In this document: positions 58,466-64,000 of the stretch, piece after piece
Position numbering within the stretch: the first letter of the stretch is position 1
How the letters are laid out: the number at the start of each line of letters is the position of its first letter
Assembly (NCBI GenBank): GCA_965223545.1
Contig: OZ245006.1
Location: forward strand, 6,080,001-6,144,000
Source: Planctomycetota bacterium
GTDB lineage: Bacteria; Planctomycetota; UBA1135; UBA2386
Direction: 5' to 3'
DNA length: 64,000 bases
Notes under the pieces: generated by a model
Told to the model about the DNA's origin: nothing
The model's database searches: none
What the model saw: only the letters and a program-made list of their open reading frames with translations
Translations under genes and position numbers: made by a program

Positions 58466-60178
58466 CTACAGCACCGAGTGTTCTCGGTCGACGGTCAGCG
58501 CGATGCGGAAGCCGATGTCGGCGGCGGTGTGTGTCGCGGGCGCGTAGTGCCGCTTGGAGATGCGGCAGCTCCAGGACGGTGCGCGCCACGAGCCGCCGCG
58601 CAGCACGCGCTCGGCACTGCCCTCGCGCTGTATCGGGTCGTTCTCCGCGCCGTTGCGGTAGGCGTCGCGCACGTACACGTCCTCGCACCACTCCCAGACG
58701 TTGCCGGCCATGTCCTGCAGGCCCCAGCGGTTGCGCGGCGCGTTGCCCGGCGCGCTGGTGGTGCGACCGGCGGGACGCAGGCGGGCGAAGTTCGCGGTGT
58801 CCCGGCCGAAGTTCTCGATCGGAAAGATGCCCGACCAGCCGGCGCGCGCCGCGTACTCCCACTCGGCCTCGCTCGGTAGGCGGGCCCCCAGCTTGGCCGC
58901 AAACGCCCGGGCATCGAGCCAGCGCACGCGATCGACGGGCAGCTCGGGCCGGCGGTGATGACTCGGATTGGTGGGCATCACGGCGCGCCACTGGGCCTGC
59001 GTGATCGGCGTCGTCGACAGATAGAAGGGGCGGGTGATGTGGATCTCGCGGATCGGCTGCTCGTCGAGTTCGCCGACGACCGAACCGCGCAGGAAGCGGC
59101 CCGCCGGGATCAGGCGCAGCTCGACGCCGCTGTTGGCGTGGATGAGGATCGTCGCGAGCCCATTTCGGATCGAAGCGTCCGGCGCGATGCGATAGCCGCG
59201 CGGCAGCCAGTAGCGTGGTTCGGCCGCGACGCGCGGGCGCGGGGTCGGCCTCGCCGGACTACCGCGGCGGCGCGCCGTGCTGCTCGAGGTGCGCTGCGGC
59301 ACCGGAGCGACCACTGCGCCGCGCGGCGCGCTACGGCGAATGCGCGCGATCAAGCTCTTTGGCGGCGCGTCGGGCGCCAGCGCGGCGAGCGATTCCAGCA
59401 GCGCGCGGCCGTCGCGCGGCCGGCGGCCCGGGTCGGCGGCGACGCAGCGGGCGGTCAGCTGCAGGACGCGTGGATCGACGTCCTCTTCGCGAAGCTGGGA
59501 GAGCTCGGCCCGCATGCTGGAAGGGCGTGGCCCGGCGCCGGGTCGCCGGCCGGTCAACATCTGCAGCAGGAGTCGGCCCAGCGCAAACACGTCGACGGTG
59601 CTGCCTGCTTCGGGAGCGCGGCCGAAGCGAGCGGGCGGCGCGTAGAGCGCGGCGGGACCGGTCGCGGGCCGCGCCCTGCCGGGTGCACCGAAGTCGTTGA
59701 GCAACACGCCGCCGCGGCGGTGCAGCAGCAGGTTGCCCGGTTCGAGGTTGCGGTGCACCACGCCCTTGGCGTGCGCGGCGAACAGTCCCGCCGCCGCCTG
59801 TCGCGCGATCCACAGCGCCTCCGCGGTGCGCAGACCACCGGGGGCGGTGCGCAGCAGACGGTCGAGGTCGATGCCGGGGACGAACGCGGTGACGAGATAA
59901 TGAAGGTCGCCGCGGCGGCCGACCTCGTGCACGCGGATCACGTTGGGATGTTCGATGCGCGCCGCGTGGCGCGCGCCGCCGACGAAGCGTGCGACGGCGG
60001 CCGCATCCCGAATCAGCTCGGGATGCAGCACCTTGACGGCCACTTGGAGGTCGAGGTCGCGGAGATGACCTCGATAGACCGTGCCCAGGGCGCCGCGCGC
60101 CACGGGCGCGCCCCAGGTGATGCGCCGTGCGGCGCGATGATGGCTGGACGGCGAACTCACGTTTGGTGCAGTGGTCAA
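58466..60178 (-). CDS. Degenerate kinase domain fused to an FGE/SUMF1-like domain
   Basis: VAVK, HRNLEPGN and NDFG; then RLPSEAEWEYAARAG, DMAGNVWEW, RGGSW and GFR. Confidence 0.82.
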   Translation of the reverse strand: MTTAPNVSSPSSHHRAARRITWGAPVARGALGTVYRGHLRDLDLQVAVKVLHPELIRDAAAVARFVGGARHAARIEHPNVIRVHEVGRRGDLHYLVTAFVPGIDLDRLLRTAPGGLRTAEALWIARQAAAGLFAAHAKGVVHRNLEPGNLLLHRRGGVLLNDFGAPGRARPATGPAALYAPPARFGRAPEAGSTVDVFALGRLLLQMLTGRRPGAGPRPSSMRAELSQLREEDVDPRVLQLTARCVAADPGRRPRDGRALLESLAALAPDAPPKSLIARIRRSAPRGAVVAPVPQRTSSSTARRRGSPARPTPRPRVAAEPRYWLPRGYRIAPDASIRNGLATILIHANSGVELRLIPAGRFLRGSVVGELDEQPIREIHITRPFYLSTTPITQAQWRAVMPTNPSHHRRPELPVDRVRWLDARAFAAKLGARLPSEAEWEYAARAGWSGIFPIENFGRDTANFARLRPAGRTTSAPGNAPRNRWGLQDMAGNVWEWCEDVYVRDAYRNGAENDPIQREGSAERVLRGGSWRAPSWSCRISKRHYAPATHTAADIGFRIALTVDREHSVL

Positions 60179-60452
60179 GGCAGGGCGTCGAGCGAAAGGT
60201 GTTCACTCGAGTCTAGTACGCCCCCGCGCACCGGGGCTTCTCACTGCGATACGGAGTTGGGCGCCACGCGGCCTCGATTCGAGACGCCGGCGCCATGGGC
60301 GCGTGCGGCGCGCCACCGGCAAAAGAGCGGAACCTGCCGGCCCGCGGGGTCGACAGGATCAACCGCCACGCGCCGGCCGGTCCCGCGAGAGGGCAGGCAC
60401 GTTGGTCAAGACGCGGGAGCCGGCGCGGTCATGACATCAAGCACCCGGCAAT

Positions 60453-60878
60453 TCACCCGGGGTGCGGCGCGGCCTCGATGGCCTCCAGCTCTGGCAGCGC
60501 GGACCACGGCGGCGTGCACGCCGAGAGCTGGCAGAGCTTCTCCCAGGCTTCACGGTGGATCGCCGCGACCCCTCTTTGGCTCAGGTAGGCCGGTGGGGCT
60601 TGGTGGATCTCGTCGTCGGTGGCAGGGGCGGGCTCGAGGAGCAGTAGCCGGTCGCCGGTGCGGCGCAGACGTGCCCACCCGTCGGTGGCACAGCCCGGGG
60701 TCCCGCAGCACGTGCAGAGCAGGAGCTGCACCGGGTCCACGGTGAAATCCACGAGCGCCAGGGCGTTGATCAGACACACTTCACCGGCGTGCACGGCGCG
60801 ATCGCGGTACGGTCCCATGCCGGCAGCGCGAAAGTCGTGCGCGATCGGCCGGACCTCGAGTGCGGCGATACTCCACAT
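60453..60878 (-). CDS. Hypothetical protein with a CTCCGTPGC motif
   Basis: Co-oriented ORF starting 20 nt after the upstream gene; Cys cluster may bind metal. Confidence 0.5.
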   Translation of the reverse strand: MWSIAALEVRPIAHDFRAAGMGPYRDRAVHAGEVCLINALALVDFTVDPVQLLLCTCCGTPGCATDGWARLRRTGDRLLLLEPAPATDDEIHQAPPAYLSQRGVAAIHREAWEKLCQLSACTPPWSALPELEAIEAAPHPG

Positions 60879-60898
60879 CCCTTGGCTCTGTCGGCTGC

Positions 60899-62272
60899 TC
60901 AGCCCTCGCCGCCGAAGCAGTAGAGCGCGTTATCCGAGCGCAGGAACAGGTCGCGGCCGGACAGCGCGGGCGAGGCGTTGCACTGGCCATCGTCTTCGAG
61001 CCGGTTGTGGGCGAGCAGCTCGAATTCGCCGTCCGCGCTGTAGACGAACGTGCCCCGCTTGCGGCTGACGACGTAGATCCGGTCGGCGGCCATGACGGGG
61101 GAGGCGTACACGCTGCTGGTCCGGCCCTCGAGCCTCTCTTCCAGCAGCTGTTGGCCGTCGTTGGCGTCCAGGCAGGCGGCCATGCCGTTGGTGCGCACCA
61201 GCAGGAGCTTGCCGTCGTGCAAGATCGGGGAGGGGATCCCGAGGTTTTCGCCGCGCCACACGACGCGGGGGTCGGCGGCGGCTTCGGTACCCTCGTCCGG
61301 CTGTTCGCCGTCGGCCTGGGCCGGCGGTGGGGCTTCCGGCGCCGTGATGTGCAGCGCGGTGCTCTTGCCGTCGCCGCCGAAGGTGAAGACGGTCTCCCCA
61401 TCCGTGACCGGGGTCGGCGACATTCCGCCGCGGGTGCCGGTCTCCACCGACCAGCGCAGTGCGCCGGTGCTCGGCTCGAGGCCCCACACTTCACCGCCGA
61501 GGGTGATGATCAAGGTCTCGTCGTCATCGGTGCCGACCACCACCGGCGAAATCGCGCAGCCCTCCAGGTTGGAGGAGCCGCGGCTCCACCGCAGGCTGCC
61601 GTCGGCGCGGTCGAAGGCGCGGATCGAGTGGCTCTCCTCCGAGCAGTTGACGATCACCAGGTCGCGATGGAGCAGTGGGCTCGAAGCCGCGCCCCAGTGC
61701 AGCTCCAGGGTCTGTCCTTCGCGCACCACGCTGTTGGTCGCGGGCTCGGCGTCGGCATCGCGCTCGCCGGCTGGAGCGGTCCAGCGGACCTCGCCGTCCT
61801 CGAGCGCCAGGCAGGCGACGCCGGCCGGGCCCAGGTAGACGAAGACCGACTCGCCGTCACTCGCCGGCGTGGGGGTCGAGAACCCGTGCTCGTTGATCTG
61901 GACGGCGCGCGGCTCTCGCTGCAGTGCCCCGGCGAACTCGGCGGACCACAGCGGCGCGCCGTCGTCGCGGCCGAAGCAGAGCACGTGCAGCTGCAGGTCT
62001 TCGCGGCGCCCGCCGTCGTCGAGGTGGGCACCGAACCCCGTGTAGCAGGTGACGATGACGCGATCGCCCACGACGATCGGCGACGACGAGCCCGGCCCGG
62101 GCAGATCGGCCTTCCAGCGGAGGTTCTCGCTGTCGCTCCACGTCAGGGGCGGATCACACTCGGTGGCCACACCGTTGCGTAGCGGGCCGCGAAACCCCGG
62201 CCAATCCTGCGCGACCAGAAGTGATGGTGCGAGCAATCCAGCAAGGAAGGCCGGGATAGTAGTTTTTGGCAT
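60899..62272 (-). CDS. Secreted PQQ-like/BamB-type beta-propeller protein
   Basis: Signal peptide, DWPGFRGP, GSSSPIV, ASSP and YASPV repeats. Confidence 0.87.
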   Translation of the reverse strand: MPKTTIPAFLAGLLAPSLLVAQDWPGFRGPLRNGVATECDPPLTWSDSENLRWKADLPGPGSSSPIVVGDRVIVTCYTGFGAHLDDGGRREDLQLHVLCFGRDDGAPLWSAEFAGALQREPRAVQINEHGFSTPTPASDGESVFVYLGPAGVACLALEDGEVRWTAPAGERDADAEPATNSVVREGQTLELHWGAASSPLLHRDLVIVNCSEESHSIRAFDRADGSLRWSRGSSNLEGCAISPVVVGTDDDETLIITLGGEVWGLEPSTGALRWSVETGTRGGMSPTPVTDGETVFTFGGDGKSTALHITAPEAPPPAQADGEQPDEGTEAAADPRVVWRGENLGIPSPILHDGKLLLVRTNGMAACLDANDGQQLLEERLEGRTSSVYASPVMAADRIYVVSRKRGTFVYSADGEFELLAHNRLEDDGQCNASPALSGRDLFLRSDNALYCFGGEG

Positions 62273-62545
62273 ATCGAGCGTGCGGGAATCGGGAGCGACA
62301 GCCCTGCTACGGCCGGCGACCCCGTGGCGCCAACAGTGCTGTGGTCTTTTTGTCCGAGCACACCGCGGCGGAGCCGGGTCCGCCACCGGTCAAGCCGAAT
62401 GTCACCAAGTCGCAGAATGCGACAGTCGCGCTCGCGTCGGGGGTTTGTGACCAGCAACACGTGCAGGACTGCTCTTGCGCCTCGTCTTTCGAGCCGCCAT
62501 CGTCGACAACAACTGGTGGAGCACACTCGGAAGGAAGGCACACTG

Positions 62546-63721
62546 GTGCGGGTAGGTTTGGTTGGGACCGGGTTCATCGCCCGGGGGATCGCGCGCACGC
62601 TGGAGCGCGCCGGCGATCTGCGCCTAGGCGCGGTGCTGACCCGGCGGCGGCCGGCAGACGTGCGGGGCTTCCCGGACGGCGCGGTCACCGGCGCGGTCGA
62701 CGAGCTGCTGGCGCGGAGCGATGTCGTGGTCGAGGCGTCGGGTGATGCGGTGCACGCGACCGACGTGCTGGTCTCGGTGGTGGACGCGGGGTTGCCCATC
62801 GTGACCATGGACTCGGAGCTGCAAGTGACGACCGGGTCCTGGTTCGCCAGCCGGGGCTACATCACCGAGGCCGACGGCGACCAGCCCGGATGTCTCGCCC
62901 GGCTGCACGGCGAAGCCGTGTCGATGGGATTCACGCCCCGCGCCTACGTCAATCTCAAGGGCTTCCTCAACCTCGATCCCGAGCCCGAGGAGATGTTCTA
63001 CTGGGCGCGCCGGCAGCAGCTGCGCGTGGAGCAGGTGGTGTCGTTCACCGACGGCTCCAAACTGCAGGTCGAGCAGGCCTTGGTGGCGAACGGGCTCGGC
63101 GCGGAAATCGCCGCCGAGGGATTGATCGGGGCGACGGTCGCCGATCTGCACGACACCGAGTTCTTGGCCGAGCACGGCGTCGAGCTGGGCGGTGCGGTGT
63201 CCGACTTCGTGCTGGCCAAGGGGGCTCCGCCGGGCGTGATGATCCTCGCCGAGCACGCCGATGCCGCCGCGCTGGGCGACTACGGGCCGACGGCCCGGAT
63301 CCGGACCGTGCAGGGCAACTTCTTCGTGTTGGTGCGGCCCTACCACCTGTGCCACCTCGAGGTGGTGCGCACGCTGCGCGACGTGGCGGCCGGCGCGCCG
63401 CCGCTGCTCAACAACTCGGCTTCGCCGCGCATCGGCGTGGCCGCGGTCGCCAAGCGCGACCTCGCCGGCGGCACCCGGCTGGAGCGCGGCATCGGCAGCT
63501 TCGAGCTGCGCGGCACCGCGGTGCGGCTGATCGAGCGGCCCGATGCGCTGCCGCTGTGCCTCGCCGCCGGCGCGCACTTGCGGCGCGACGTCGAGGCCGG
63601 TTCGCTGCTGTCGTTCGACGACGTCGACCCGGCGCCGAGCCGCGCACTGGAGCTCTACTGTGGACTGCGCGATCGCGCTTGTGCGGAGGCCGAGAGCTCG
63701 CTGGTGGGGAAGACCGCGTGA
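62546..63721 (+). CDS. NAD(P)-dependent oxidoreductase (homoserine dehydrogenase-like) with a C-terminal SAF domain
   Basis: VGLVGTGFIA, ADGDQPG, FTDGSK, RPYHLCHLE and AKRDL..G motifs; RBS AAGGAAGG. Confidence 0.83.
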   Translation: MRVGLVGTGFIARGIARTLERAGDLRLGAVLTRRRPADVRGFPDGAVTGAVDELLARSDVVVEASGDAVHATDVLVSVVDAGLPIVTMDSELQVTTGSWFASRGYITEADGDQPGCLARLHGEAVSMGFTPRAYVNLKGFLNLDPEPEEMFYWARRQQLRVEQVVSFTDGSKLQVEQALVANGLGAEIAAEGLIGATVADLHDTEFLAEHGVELGGAVSDFVLAKGAPPGVMILAEHADAAALGDYGPTARIRTVQGNFFVLVRPYHLCHLEVVRTLRDVAAGAPPLLNNSASPRIGVAAVAKRDLAGGTRLERGIGSFELRGTAVRLIERPDALPLCLAAGAHLRRDVEAGSLLSFDDVDPAPSRALELYCGLRDRACAEAESSLVGKTA

Positions 63722-64000
63722 CCCGGCTGTTGGTGCTCGTCCAGAGTGGCGACGCCGTCGTGCAATGGACGGTGGACGGCCTGGCGATGCACCGGCGGCT
63801 GTTGCGCAAGGAGCTCGGCGTCGAGCTCGAGCTCGTCGAGATCGAGGGGTTGGATGCGATCGAGGCGGCGATCGACGCGCATCATGCGGACGCCGTGGTG
63901 GCGACGAGCTCGTGGCGGCTTCCGGCGGAGGACACCATCGCCTGCTTCCGCGCCCTCTACGAGCGGCCCAAGCGGCCGTGGCTCGTGTACTACGACACCT
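63718..64000 (+). CDS. Hypothetical protein, N-terminal part only
   Basis: GTG overlaps the previous stop (GTGA); frame open to the window end (VTRLLVLVQSGD...PWLVYYDT). Confidence 0.6.
   Translation, partial: MTRLLVLVQSGDAVVQWTVDGLAMHRRLLRKELGVELELVEIEGLDAIEAAIDAHHADAVVATSSWRLPAEDTIACFRALYERPKRPWLVYYDT

Overview
High-GC bacterial DNA. The gene content (ECF sigma/Ser-Thr kinase pairs, DUF1501/DUF1800, SBBP, kelch and PQQ propellers) suggests a Planctomycetota genome; this is inference. About 40 genes are readable. Two loci stand out. (1) A compact non-linear NRPS cluster at ~15.3-29.3 kb: a divergent SHMT-like PLP enzyme, an A-N-methyltransferase-T protein, a SyrP-like dioxygenase next to an interface-A(His-type code)-T protein, two alpha/beta hydrolases (GLRLG and GVCWG) and an A-less C-T module ending in a Cys-nucleophile hydrolase. 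(2) A nested mobile locus at ~46.9-50.3 kb: a complete En-less group II intron inserted into one arm of a REP-like hairpin. The hairpin family has three copies, two inside 220-bp direct repeats, next to a Y1/HUH RAYT-like transposase. Also present are a YtrA-type GntR-ABC operon with a visible promoter/operator, a 35-bp perfect palindrome, two frameshifted genes and a pseudokinase. No tRNA, rRNA or CRISPR array was recognised. All calls are by eye, without database searches.
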